A stretch of DNA of 64,000 bases from Parasitella parasitica NRRL 2501 (GCA_025201805.1 MU619237.1:303552-367551); one strand, 5' to 3'. Shown: positions 1 to 13,150, counted from the stretch's first letter. Made by a program: numbers and translations. Notes: a model not told the origin generated them from the letters alone.

Positions 1-1258
1 TCTATATAATTAAAAAAATGGAGTCTGCTAACTTTTTTTACACGCTTCGTAAAAAACAGTCGCATTCCAAATTTGGAAGCTCAGTTGATTCAATTAATAA
101 TGACACTTTTTATTACTACGAAAACAAAATGTCTGCTATTGGAATCTGCTCAAGCTGTGGTCAACAAGGCCATTCACGTTTTAGCTCAGTTTATTTAATC
201 AATAAAACATTGAAACTTTTTAATATGACACTTTTTATTTGGACACTTTTTATCACAACGAATTATAACGAATTATAACGAATTATAACGAATTATAACG
301 AACAAAATGCCTGCTATTAGAATTTGTTTAAGCTGTGGTCAAAAAGGCCATTTACGTTCTACAAGCAGGCTTTGCCTAAATAATACCCGTTCTAACAGTA
401 GCACTTGCGCAAGCTGTGGTGGTATAGGCCATCGTCGATCTTCTCATCGTGATTGCGCTAACAACATTGCTAATCGTATGTCTCAAATTTGTTTTCATTC
501 TACAGTCATAATCGAACTTTTTGTATAAACTAGGGCCTCAACCTGAAACTATGGAAGTAGATCAGCAAGCAGAAACAATCAGCGCTAATGATGCAACAAC
601 TAGCAGCCCTGTTTGTTCAAGCTGTGGACAAGAAGGTCATTTGCGACCTAACAGTAGATTGTGCGCCAACTCAACGCACAACAATACTCATAACATGGCC
701 AGAAGAGGTACACCCTCTTTCACCGAGCGCCATGATCTTGGTAGAAGGAACAGCATCTGTCGCTATTGTCAAGCACGAATGTGGGCATTGAGAAAAATGG
801 AGGCACCAGTGCAAACCCCGATTTCTCTTTGTACTGTCCTGAGTTGATTGCTAATTTTCTGTTAGACCGGTATTCACCATGACCATCAAGGCTCAACACT
901 CGACTTTCTAGGTCTTTTTCTCACATGGCCAGTTATATGCTGCTTCCTCGCGCATTAAGCAGCTATCTTCAATCAAAATTCTTCTGCATAGAAATACCTC
1001 AACTACCAAAAACTATACTGGATCATACACCGATAATATTGTATTCCATGAAGTATTTAAATAACTCTACTGATTTTTACGTTTTTTTCCTATTGTGCGT
1101 TACTACATCTATGTTTTTATTTCTGTCTAACAATATATTTTAAGTTATAGATAAACAACAATAAAAGAGCATTGAATATCTGATTAGCACTTATCAAAAG
1201 ATTGAGCTCCCGGTAGGGCGACGATGGCCGTCGTGAGCGAAGCGAGCAGGTCAGCTAG
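1..1258 (+). mobile_element. Non-autonomous (internally deleted) Helitron, copy 1
   Basis: Starts TC (tctatataat; flank not visible). Ends with hairpin cgacg-atggc-cgtcg (1219-1233) and ...gagcgaagcgagcaggtcagCTAG|t at 1255-1258. Encodes CxxCGxxGHxR knuckles and the RepHel N-terminal 'RHDLGRRNSICRYCQARMW', joined to decayed PIF1-helicase C-terminal sequence. Confidence 0.85.
257..300 (+). repeat. 10-bp tandem repeat (aacgaattat)x4 inside Helitron copy 1
   Basis: Directly visible; absent from copy 2. Confidence 0.9.
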
Positions 1259-1499
1259 TAAATATTTGAAATTTTTACAATATTTTTATAAAAATCATGC
1301 CATTTTTGTAAAAAATGTAACATTGCCATTTAAAGAAAGTAGGATATTATAACAAAATGGTATGAAATGTTGCAATTTATAAAATTTTGGGTTTAGGCCA
1401 AAATTTTGATTAAAAAGTGTATTCAAGCCGTCTTTTCTCTACTAAAAGCAAAAATCAACAATATATGCCCTAAAATGAACAAAACAAAAGCAAGTTTTA

Positions 1500-3480
1500 T
1501 TGAATAGACCCTCAACATAATGAAGCTGATGGCAGAAGAAAACGTCAAAGATCAGGAACCAGTAGCCATGTGTTGATAACAACAGTGAAGGCAAACAAGA
1601 CTCCTCGTTGCATTAATGTAGAGAGGTGTATGGACAAGCACAACGACACTAGAGCTACTTCGGGCTTATGTGAAATTTCGACCACATTGTGTAGTCCACG
1701 GTGAACAAATACAACAAATTGAGGAGAGAGTCAGCTTCAACATCGAGAGTACTTCTCAAACACACAGGCAGGATTTGTATCAATTGCTTGAAATCACGAC
1801 CAACAAAGCAGCCATTATGTCTCATCAGAGATCGGAAAGTTCTGGAATATGCTTTGCAACTACGTTACTTGGTAAGAGCAGCCTGAAGTCTGTTCTTGTC
1901 AGAAGTAGAAGAAAGCACATTTTTCCACAGGAAGACAACCAAAAATTCGGCGATTCCCAAAGGCAAAGTATGGAGCAGTTCAATAGATGTGTCTGTGGTT
2001 GGATCAAAAGCGCCTAGTCGCAGGAGATGCTCACTACCATTTTTCTTGCAGCTGGATGAATCCTGGATCTGCTTCAGTATCACACGATCATTAACTTGAC
2101 TAACTTCAAGCAGACGAGCCTTCGTTCTCGGAGGACAAGAATGTAAAATGGGAGTGAAGAGTTTCATAGGCTCAGTTTCCCATGCTTGCATTCTTTTTTG
2201 GTCGTGGATTTGGGTTGGCAGTATGGCGGATAGTACATTTTCGGCAGTGAAATCTAGAGCCACTTCCACCATGCATTGACAATTCAGACTGACGATAGTT
2301 ATCCGCTTGAATAAATAACAGAGGAGCAACAACAGGAACATACTCGTGATGAACTATGGAATAAAATTCATAGCCGTTTTCAAGCACTAGCAAGTCATCA
2401 ACCAAAGGAGGAAGCATATCAATAGCAGACAAATTTTTGTTGGCAGTGTAAATGAAATAAATATCGTTTTTGGATCCTCTTCTGTCGAAGGAAAGAGCGG
2501 CAAGAGTCATCAAGTAGCTATCAAATGCACTGTATTGTTTAGATAGGTTGCCAGACGTATCATCAGTAAAGAGAGTGATAGGAGCCATGACTACTTTCAT
2601 CAAAGAACCATTAGGCTTTCTTCGCTTTAATCGTTCAACATGTTGATATTTGTTTCTCCATAGCTAGTCAATCAAAGAGCCGCGAGAACAAGCGCGAAAA
2701 GGAGTGGAGGCATTGCTGTCGTACAGAATAAGACCAGAGTCGAGAGAAAACAGATAGCCATCATTTTTTCTAAGAATACATGTTACAGATGTTACAAAGA
2801 CTTCAACTTGTTCGCATGAGATAATGAAATTTGAGCGAAATTGTGGGCCACAAAATACATTATCTGTAGAATATACAGGAAAACCAGCGAAGAATACAAC
2901 CGATGAACCAGAGACAGTCTTGTGGTAGAATCTGGATACTAGGAAACAGTTGTTGGTATCTGCATCATTCGTATTGACTAAATCGCCAACCCAGATATCG
3001 AGAGTTCCATTACTATGCATTGGGCTTTGAAAAATCTCATTAGTTCGCCAGTTTTCACCTTGCTGAAGTCAAGTGAGTTCATCTGGAGTAAAATCAGGCA
3101 TCGATTGCAGTAATTCCGGAGAATTGACAGGATCAGCCATCAGGAACTCAATGTATTTGGAGGGCTTGTTCATGAAAAGCGTGTTAACCTCGCCAATGCT
3201 GTTGTTCTTGACTTGATGCTCAGACGTAGGGAACTTGGGAATTCTATTTTCTTACGGCTGTGATAGTTGAGCAAGTAGTCAACAGCTGGTAGCATTAAAG
3301 AGCTGTCTGCTTCCTTTAATGCCATTGCAGCCTTGATGCCAAAGTAGATGAGCTTTATCTTTTCCTCCGAGATATTAATTGAGCAACCATCAAAGAAAGC
3401 AATCAAGACGAAGTCGAACATGTTTCCAAAAACGTCATAAACGCTCTTAATGCCAGCTTCTTCTTCAAGACCATTGTGCA
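1500..3480 (-). mobile_element. Degenerate CACTA/Plavaka-like (CMC-related) DNA transposase remnant
   Basis: Frameshifted minus-strand fragments carry 'PITLFTDDTSGNLSKQY', 'ADNYRQSELSMHGGSGSRFHCRKC', 'FDPTTDTSIELLHTLPLG' and 'GCFVGRDFKQLIQILP'. Several stops and frameshifts; no TIRs recognised. Confidence 0.7.
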
Positions 3481-3699
3481 GCCTGCCTAGAAAACATTTG
3501 GGTAATTTACCCTACAAACACGGGATCATTAGCCAATTTCGTTCCTACTGTTCCAACCTATTGTTGGTTCTTCCCAGGGCTTTCAATAGTGAATGGACTT
3601 CGCATCTATATATCGTTTTTCTCTTCAGTTAGTCCCAAACCGTTTGAAGATTGTATCTTGTCAGTTTTTCCAAAGCATGTCTCTCCATTGGCATCAAGT

Positions 3700-4085
3700 T
3701 TTCTATTTTTTTATTGTTGTCGTAAAATTGCAAGGCTTATTTGTCGAGCATTTACAAGGAACACTATTCAAGCAGAAGTTGCAACTGGACCTTATCAAGG
3801 CAATGTTGTGCTCATACCCAAAGCTACGCTAAACTCGACAGTTGAACAAGTTGGCGTAGAACTTAAGCGTTGTTAGTTCCCTGTCAGACCAGCTTTTGCC
3901 ATGACGATAAATAAATCGCAAGTTCAAACTCTGGACTCTGTAGGGCCAATTATACGTCGCCCTATTTCAGGTTAAAAGGCCTAATGACATCAAAATTTTG
4001 GTTGTTTCTAAACCATCATCAATGCCAAGCCAAGAAGGAGTATATACATCAAACGTTGTCTATAATGAGATTTTTCGAAATTAAC
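3700..4085 (+). mobile_element. Helitron PIF1-like helicase C-terminal fragment (second family)
   Basis: 'IQAEVATGPYQGNVVLIPKATL...KRC*FPVRPAFAMTINKSQVQTLDSVG' then 'NVVYNEIF', matching RepHel helicase C-terminal motifs; contains a stop and a deletion. Confidence 0.8.
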
Positions 4086-4962
4086 CAACTTGAATCGAGG
4101 ATTTAAACAAAAAATGCCAAACGATCATAATATAACATATTTTTATACAATACATATAATGTTATTTCCACTCATTGATTTTTATTTCGTTCGATTTAGC
4201 ATTGTGTTAAGTGGGACAGTCCGCTACAGGCGCGAGCTGTGCACATGTGTATTTTATATTAACTTAAGGTAATTAGATGAATCTAGAAGTGGAATGCAGA
4301 TCACCATAGTGAATGTATTTCACAAATATGGCTACAGTCATACAGGCTGCATTTTTTTTCCTCAATCGTCGTCAATGGTTATTCCTCTTCGTGCCAAGCA
4401 GATGGTTTCGAATGTATTTCAATACGATTCTAGACTCAACTTTCTTCATTGGAAGGATACGCAAGATCTTTCTTTGCTCCAGTGGCAAAGGGCGCCTCCT
4501 ACTATCTTTAAAGGCTTAGCGAGGGGCCTCCTCCAGTTTCAACCGTATTTCGTCCCCGTTTGTAGCCCTGCTCCCCTCGAGGGCTCCGAGGTATCTTTTG
4601 CGCCTTTCGTGAACCAACTTCTTTGCGTCGAAGGTCGACCTTTTGCCACCAAGCAGGCCTCCGCCAAAACTTTTTGTTCGGCAATTATCTCAGCTGGCAC
4701 TTCTCCAGCAACACTGCTCATTGGAAACTGTTTTGGCCCTTGTCTCTTACTAGAATACAGCGCAACGTAGTGTACCGGTTCATTGCCGGGTGTATCCCAC
4801 ATCGTGGCTTTTAACATCGCATAATGCCTGCCATATTTGATTCTTCTCGCTGCCCAGTTTGTTTGATCTCTATTGACTCTGCTACCCACCCAAATAATGT
4901 TGAAAGTCGGGAGAAAAGCTCGAATCTCTCGAAATTGTGATTTTTTAAGCTGTACACTCTGT

Positions 4963-6048
4963 TCTACCTAATAATATATTGGCACTTTTTATTATGACAC
5001 TTTTTATTTTGACGCTTTTTATTACTACGAACACAAAATGCCTGCTATTAGAATCTGCTGAAGCTGTGTTCAAGAAGGCCGTTCACGTTCTACAAGTAGG
5101 CTTTGCCTCAATAACACCTGTGCTAACACTAACACTTGCGCAAGCTGTGGTGGTATAGGCCATCGTCGATCTTCTCATCGTGATTGCGTTGACAACATTG
5201 CTAATCGTATGTCTCAAATTTTTTTTCATTTTACATGAACTTTTTTCATTAACTAAAACCTCAACCTGAAACTATGGAAGTAGATTAGCAAACAGAAACA
5301 ATCAGCGCTAATCATGCAACAATCAGCAACCCTGTTTGTTCAAGCTGTGGACAAGAAGGTCATTTCCGATCTACCAGTAGATTGAGCGCCAAATCAACGC
5401 ACAAAAATACTCATAACATGTCCAGAAGAGGTACACCTTTTTCACTGAACGCCATGATCTTGGTGGAATGAACAGCATCTATCGCCATTGTCAAGAACGC
5501 ATATGGGCATCAGAGAAGAATGGAAGCACCATTGCAAACCCCGATTTCCCTTTGTGCTGTGGCAAGGGAAAGTATGTTGTTGACCTTTCGCCCGAGATGC
5601 CTGAGTTGAGTGCCAATTTATTGAGAGGATCAGACGAAGAAAGCAAGGAGTTTAGGGTTCAAGGTCAAACACTCGACTTCCTTGGTCTTTTTCTCACTTC
5701 TCCTGTCTTCTCACATGACCAGTTATATATTGCTTTCTCGCGCATTAAGCAGCCATCTTCGACCAAAACTCTCCTGGATAGAAATATGTCAACTATCAAA
5801 AACTAAAGAGGACCATACACCGATAATATTGAATTCCATGAAGTATTCAAATAACTCTATTGCTTTTTACATTTTTTCCCCATTGTGCTTTACTACATCT
5901 ATATTGTTATTTCTGTCTAACAATATACTTTAAATTATAAATTAACAACAATAAAAGAACATTGAATAGCTGATTAGCATTTATCAATAGATTGAGCTCC
6001 CGGTAGGGCGACGAGGGCCATCATGAGCGAAGCGAGCAGGTCAGCTAG
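4963..6048 (+). mobile_element. Non-autonomous Helitron, copy 2 (same family as 1-1258)
   Basis: Aligns by eye to copy 1 in both arms. 'PDFPLCCGKGK...EESKEFR' is fused to 'VQGQTLDFLGLFLTSPVFSHDQLYIAFSRI'. Ends gagcgaagcgagcaggtcagCTAG|t at 6045-6048. 5' end (tctaccta) is approximate. Confidence 0.85.
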
Positions 6049-6814
6049 TTATAATTAAATATTCCAAGCATTCTAATTCCCTCTCACAAATGCGGGCCAT
6101 CTTCCATAAATGTCGCATTTGTCTTTGATTGAGTAATCCGACATGATTCCATGGAACCGAATCAATCTGCGCTGGAATAATCCAGGAATTTTTTTGATGT
6201 TGAAAACAGAGAGAGAGAATGCACTTGGTCCTCTAAATGGTAGTTTATTATCGAGTTTTCACTTGAAAAATTAAACAGCTATGCAGTCATCAAGCACTTG
6301 TGCTCGAAACATTGTTCAAATACGATATATATCGTGCGACAAGACAATGCAACTTGAATGTTACCATCGCTCTAATCCTAATTTGTAAGTATTATTAAAC
6401 TCTAGATAACATTCAGTTCCCCAGATTTTGTTGGTCGAAAACAAAAGTAAGCAATGTCATTTTATGCAACCCTCATTGCAAACATATAGCTAGTGGCATA
6501 ATTCCAAATGCTGTATCCGTGGTAGAAGCCATGTATTTCAGTTAGCATAAACCATTATAAAATGCATAGAATCATTCGCTTTCTGCTTAGTCACAATCTT
6601 GTAGCTAATGCGATGTTAAAGGCTTTATTTTACCCCACATTTCCAATTGGGGAGCTCATATGACGTGAAAAAGAACAACGGCGAACTTGAATCTCATATT
6701 GAATTTCCTCCCCTTCTTCGTTTCTTAATTTTGTTTTCAAGAAAAGCTATTTGTTCGTCCCTCTCTTCCTTCTATCTCCCACTGTATGACTTTATATCAC
6801 TTATATTAACAAAA

Positions 6815-9481
6815 ATGACAGATCAAGCAGAACATAAACGACAACGTGTCAGCAAAGCATGGTAAACAATAATAGCGTTTTTCAAAATGAGTGTTCCAAC
6901 TTTCTAATATCTCAATCTAGCGAACAATGTAGGCGAAAGAAAGTGAAATGCGATGGCTCATCGCCTCATTGTAATAACTGCAGCTCTTTGGGATTACAGT
7001 GTCATTACAAAGAATCAACGAAAAAAGTATACAACCCGGCTTTTTTTTAGAGATCATTTGCAACGTACTAAAATTAATCGTTTTGTAGAGAGGTCCCGCT
7101 AAAGGATACATAGAAGCCATTGAAGGAAGATTGCATAGATTAGAAGCCTTATTAGGAAGCATTGTACAGGAAGATGACCCTCGCTCTCAAGCAATCATTG
7201 CAGAACTAAACGCTCCCCTGGAAACTGCATTCGGGGAAGTTATTCGACCTCGTCCAATGCGAAGAGAGACGTTGTCAGGATATGAGGCTGAGTGTGGGTC
7301 ACTAACATCAACAGAGACTATGGTTAAGCATGAAGACAACCATTCACCGCATCAGTACCAGCATCAACACCAACAATCAACAAAGGACGGCAACGACTCT
7401 GACGATGCAAACAACAATGGAAACCTGTCAATTGACGAGAGTGGCCAGCTTCGTTACTATGGCAAATCCTCTGGTTTTTACATGCTCAAGAGTAGTAAAA
7501 ACTTTCAAAACAGAGCTTTCCAGTTTAACTCGAGAGATTTTAAACAACTTGGACACGATGCTTCCTCTCCTACGCTACCGTTCATAGTCGATCCTTTTGA
7601 ATTGCCACCAAAGGACCTCTCTGACCATTTGCTGGAATTGTATTTCAGCTATTTTTACCCATTATTACCCATTTTGCACAAAAAGTCATTTATGGAATCG
7701 ATGAATGACGATAGCAAGCCGTCCCCTCCTCCCATTCTGCTGAATGCCATCTATGCTGTCGCTTCACGTGTGTCACCTGATGAACGAGTTAGATCTATTG
7801 CGTCCAAGCCTGAAACGGCCGGCGATGTCTTTTTTGAAAGAGCTCGGATGTTGCTTGATTTGGAATGGGATAGCTTTCGAGTGTATACAGTACAAGCCTT
7901 ACTGCTCATGAGCAGCCATCAAAACGGGGCACTGAAAACGACTCGAGGATGGCTGTACAGTGGCATGGTAACTATGATTTTGTAACCAATCCGATAATAT
8001 GAATGACTCATTTTTTTTTAAAATGCTAATTATTCCAGGCCATTCGAATGTCTCAAAATCTAGGCTTGCATAGAAACTGCGACAGTTGGGATTTGACAGA
8101 TATCGAAAAGGAGGACAGAAAAAGAGCCTTCTATTGCTGCTTTGTATTGGATAGGCTGGCGTGTGCTATGCATGGTAGATCACCTATGATTGATGAAAGA
8201 GACTACGATGCACCGTACCCATCCGAAAACGATCAAGACGACACAAACCGCACCCCAAGAATCATGGAAAACTTCCACTATCTCATCAGAATTTGCGAAA
8301 TATTAGGCGATGTGATCCGCGAATTATATATGGTAAAGGGCAGAAAGCAGTTGTCTGCCATGTCGACCCCTGATAGCATCGTCTCATCATTGGACAAGAA
8401 GCTCAACAAGTGGATGTCCAAATTACCATCGACTTTGCAATATCGCCCACCCAACACAAGGTTAAACGAACGAGCCCCCGCACCATCGCTAGAGTTGTGC
8501 CAATTGCACATGTTGTTTTACACAACATTGATATTACTGCATAGGCCATTCATCCCCGGCCCAGCTCAGACTGTGGCACCTTCAGTTTTCCCATCTGCTT
8601 CCATCTGTACATTTGCTGCAAACAAAATTCTAGATATTACTGAATCCTTGATGGTAGAAGGCCGCTTGAAAAACGTAAACAACTACACGCTATTCTTTAT
8701 GTTTACTGCGGGCATAATATTCATCTATAACGCTGCCTCTTCTGATTCTATGTTTGCTTTCGAGGCCAAAATCAGCATCAACAAGATAATGCGGGCTATG
8801 GACGAGGTGGAAAAGACTTGGATTACTTCTGCTCGTCACTGCAACATATTAGGGGCTCTTGCTGGTTTGAGAGACATCGATTTGGAATGCGTCGACGAGA
8901 GTTATACAAAGTCGATGATGAACAGACAGAAAGCAACGACTGCGCCTCCAGCCTCAATTGCAGTGCCCAATTCTCCGGAACCAGAAATGCTATCAACATC
9001 CAACGACTTTCAACGTATTGAAGACAAATACTATATGGGTAGTGGTAGTATTAGCAGCCATAAATCTCCCAGTGTCGATTTATCGCCAGAAATAGCGCAA
9101 TCTTCCGTTATATACTCTCATCAACAGCAGCAACAACAACAACAACAGAAGCAGCTGCAGCAACAGCAACAGCAACCTATGCAACAGCAACCTATGCAAC
9201 AGTTTGATGACGGCTCATTCGATCCAAACAACACAGCGTTTTGGGGAGTCCCCATGTCATTCGACATCGATGAGTGGAACAGTTACTTTAGTAACCAAAG
9301 AGGACAAAACTCAATTCCCAGTGCCAATCCTTCGGATGCTGCGACTATTTTCTCGTCGCCTCAACAACAGCAGACTGACTTCATGCCCGTCCCTTTAACG
9401 CAAGATCGACCACCGATTCAAAGACCGAGCTACAGCAATTCATCTGGCAACAACATTCAAGTCCCCATCTGGACTGATTGA
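6815..9481 (+). CDS. Zn(II)2Cys6 fungal transcription factor with fungal-specific TF domain (4 exons)
   Basis: Spliced 'RQRVSKACEQCRRKKVKCDGSSPHCNNCSSLGLQC'; middle homology region 'YFYPLLPILHK...AIRMSQNLGLHR...RKRAFYCCFVLDR'; polyQ at ~9121-9200; introns ~6862-6920, 7028-7088, 7968-8038. Confidence 0.93.
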
Positions 9482-9619
9482 CATGATCATCATTTATCTC
9501 TTATACTTTATTCTTTTCTTGTAATTAAATTTTTTACTATATCTCTTTTTCTTTTGAATCTTTATCTATTCTGTATCAATAAACGTAGCCTATATTTCTA
9601 ACAGAATCCCGAGCAAGTA

Positions 9620-9818
9620 GCCTTATGAGATCAAATCAGGGGAATCTGGTAGAGGCGAAGAAGTCGCACATGTGCTCTTTTCAATTATCTGTTGCAAACT
9701 CGTTAGGCGAGTCGTTCGAAAGGTGTTCCTTGAACCATTGAAGCAAATCACTTGATGGAAATGTGAAAAGCAGATGGTCTTGTAGGCAAATCTACGGGTC
9801 CCTTTTCAGCTTTCTAAT

Positions 9819-9883
<65 letters not shown>

Positions 9884-11104
9884 GTATTCATTTTCGGTAT
9901 AGACGTAGGTGCTCGTTATACCTCCAATGGTTTCAGCAAGTGTGTGGCATTCTCCTGGAGAGACAATGCAACGTGAATCAAATATAATATCGATTCAGGT
10001 CTCAGTTCAGAGTTGGCATCCACTACTTTGATAAATATCAGGTGAACATGGTTGCAGGTTTTGGAATGTTTCATTAACGTGTGCAGTATCCACAAAAGTA
10101 CGACCATCTCTTCTAAAACGGTCAGAAAGACGAACAAATGAGCCATTCTGCTCCAACTTAATTGTGTCATTCTTCGATGAGTCTCGTTTATAAAGAATAA
10201 CGGTAAGCTCGGTGGTGCCTTGCATGAGTGTTTTCGACAAATTAGCACAACCTTTAACTTGATGCAAATAAGTCTTGAAATCTAAATCCTTGATGCTGAT
10301 TTCGTAACGCTGAGCTTTCTGGTAGATGATCTCCAGCTTGTCCCAGGTCCCAATAATTAAAATGCTCTGATGGTGCAAAGGTGTGACCCTCGGTAGTCAG
10401 TACCAATTTCTCCAGTGCTTCGAACTTTGTTGCGAAATACTCAAATGCCGATTCCCGAAGAAGACCATCAGTAAGCTAGAGTTTATTATACTGCTGTTTG
10501 GATTCATTTTTCCAGTATAGTTTTGGGTACTTGAAAAAGTCGCACTCTTCTAGTTCCAACGAAGGTGCTTTTTCCGGGTAAGAGTTGATGAGGCTGTCTA
10601 CTTCAATGCTAATTGGTTTACCGGGTACTGTGTTGTCCCAAAACTGCAAATGGGTTAATGATTTGAATTCATTAATGCGATCCTTGAGATGAGCTTTTCC
10701 TGCTTCATCGAAGAAGCCTTCAAGCGACAAGGGACTCCGAGGCACTTGATGAGCTCCCAAACACCTCAAGCTTTGGGCTAAATCTCAAGATTGTATTGAG
10801 GTGGTGTACGTCCGGATGTGGAGGAGCCTCGAGATTGTCATCTTCAGCTCCCTGATGAATTGTGACACTCCCAACAAAAGGACAAGGATCGAGTTTGATT
10901 CTTAGCATGTGGGCAAAACCAGGAACCACGTCTAGACTTAAATGCACGTCAGCGTATAGCCTATATTTTGCCGCATTTGACCAGCTTTTGCAAACAAACA
11001 TAATTTGATATAGCATCCTTTCGATACCTTGTATCTTCAATAATTTCAAGAACTTTCCCTAAAAGCTCGCCTGGAAGTCCGTTCCAACTAGATAGTTTAG
11101 CCAT
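9620..11104 (-). pseudogene. F-box (LRR-type) protein pseudogene
   Basis: ATG 11104 'MAKLSSWNGLPGELLGKVLEII' frameshifts into 'LYQIMFVCKSWSNAAKYRLY' (F-box signature). At least three more frameshifts or stops follow. 3' end approximate. Confidence 0.7.
9821..9882. repeat. 62-nt poly(T) tract
   Basis: Directly visible. Confidence 0.9.
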
Positions 11105-11463
11105 AAGTTTTGTGTTGTAAATACTAATAAGACATTAAGTTGTAAGTATCGGTCCAGCTGTGCATTTACACAATGGAAGTTTATCCCTGAATCTAAGTTT
11201 AAGCCAACTATCTCATTCGCTTTCCTCCTTTAATTATATATCTTTTCAAAAATCATAGCACATTCAAGCAAATGACAATCTCTATTTTTACAACTTTACA
11301 TTATCATTCTATGTTACATCTATTGAGTTAAGTCAGCATATCCAAGATCAAAGTAAAGAATACACAGTCGGGACTCGTTCTAACGGACGAGTTGGTGTAC
11401 AAAAATGTGTTTAGTATAGCAAATTATCCCTATTCAGAATTTGATATTCTACAGTGCAGTGCT

Positions 11464-11497
11464 TGGAACGTGGAACGTGGAACGTGGAACTGGAACT
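11464..11497 (+). repeat. 7-bp tandem repeat (tggaacg) x4-5
   Basis: tggaacgtggaacgtggaacgtggaactggaact. Confidence 0.9.
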
Positions 11498-13009
11498 TAA
11501 AATCTATCAGAAGCCTATTATGAAGCTTAAGTTTTGTTAGTAACATCATCCTCGACCACAATCCTCGCCTCTATTTTACATGTTTAGCATTAGATTTACA
11601 AAAAAAGGAACTTTTGATCTGGCAATAATTATTTTTATAAGCAACAATGGTAACAGGGCTCCTCTGTCACTAGCAATTAGCAACTTTTGAATTATTCACA
11701 AATAGCTAGGGGTTATTACAGCAAAACATTGTATCCATTAACTATCCAACTCGATGGGCCACACTTGTTTGATTTCATAACTATGAGGAAAGGTATACTT
11801 GTGGTATTAAAAATACATACTTTATAGAGCTGTATTACGTACTAGAATTGATGTCGACGTGATATCATCTCCAAGTAGATATTTTTTACAGCTTAAAAGC
11901 AAGAAATGCAGCTTAAAAGCAAGAAATTCACCTTCGTGTGCCATTTTTTGATTGATTTTAATAATTGAAAGTGCCCTGAAAACACCAGAAATAGTATCCA
12001 TCGGGAAAAAACTATATTATATATGATTTTGGTACAATTTGAGCATGATTTTTTTTTCGATGCAAAATGACGGATTTTTTTCACTTTTTTCCTTGTACCC
12101 ACGCATCCAAAATCATCGATTATGCATTATCCTCAATTTTGACCTCAAAAATGCAAATTTTTACTATAGCATATATTAGAGGAAAATGATCACAAAAGGT
12201 CATTCCTTGATCTGAAAGACTGGAAATGCGCTCTGATTAAGCAAAATGTTGACTTTTCCCTCCTAATCTGTTTTAAAGGTTTTTCGGCAGAATTCCTTCC
12301 ATAGGCATACGGGGATTATGAAAATAACACTATCGTGTAGCGTGCACAAATATACAGCCATTATCATAGACTGACAGCCGCGGTATGCATAGTAACGGAA
12401 GATGATATCTTGCCTCAAAGAAGTAATTTTGTTTTCTAATTGTCCAAATGGAGTTTCTGAAAGAATTTTCCCTTCCTGATTTTGGATGGGTTTATTCTCC
12501 GCTATCAAAGAAAAATGGTGCTTTTTTTTTAAGAAAGCATTAACTTTGGGAATCGATAGCTTACCCAATTCAAGCAAAAAACAGTTTTAATCTAATTTAT
12601 TTAAATGGCGTGCTTCTTGGCTTCCTAATGGTAGTACTTGCATTTCTCTAACTCGCCTGAAGATCTCACGCTCCGATTTTGAAAAATACTTTTCCGAAAA
12701 AAGTCAGGAAAGTCGCTACCTTCATCTGATGTCAACCTAAAAAGTACAAAACTTGCTCTAAGCTATGCAAATATGTGATTAAAAGGTGCCTTATAGTCCA
12801 GTTTGTTAATTTGAATTACTTTTTTTTGTGTTTGAGATCGCTAAACATTGTTTTCTTACAGTTTTTGTCTTTTTTCTGACCATAACACACTGTAGTCCGC
12901 GTAGACCAAAAAAAAACAGGCGCTAAAGCTTTACAAAGACATACACTTTTGAACCATTCCAATATTATGGAAAATATGGCACAGGATTGACTAGCTGTTC
13001 TACTGTGCA

Positions 13010-13150
13010 ACTGGATATAGAGAACCCTGCTTGGTGCTTGTCTGGCAAGACCTTCTACATTAGAAGACTCCAGATCAACTGAAGCCACAAGAAAATGGTA
13101 GAGAAAAAGAAGCAATCTACCACCAGGATAACGCATCCGCTCATAAAAAA
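13010..13150 (+). mobile_element. Possible Tc1/mariner transposase relic
   Basis: 13112-13144 translates 'AIYHQDNASAH', resembling the Tc1 'FQQDNAPxH' second-D motif; nothing else recognisable. Confidence 0.35.

Noticed and set aside
257-300. Short repeats here and at 11464 as CRISPR or telomeric arrays
   Set aside because: No spacers, few units, eukaryotic interstitial context.
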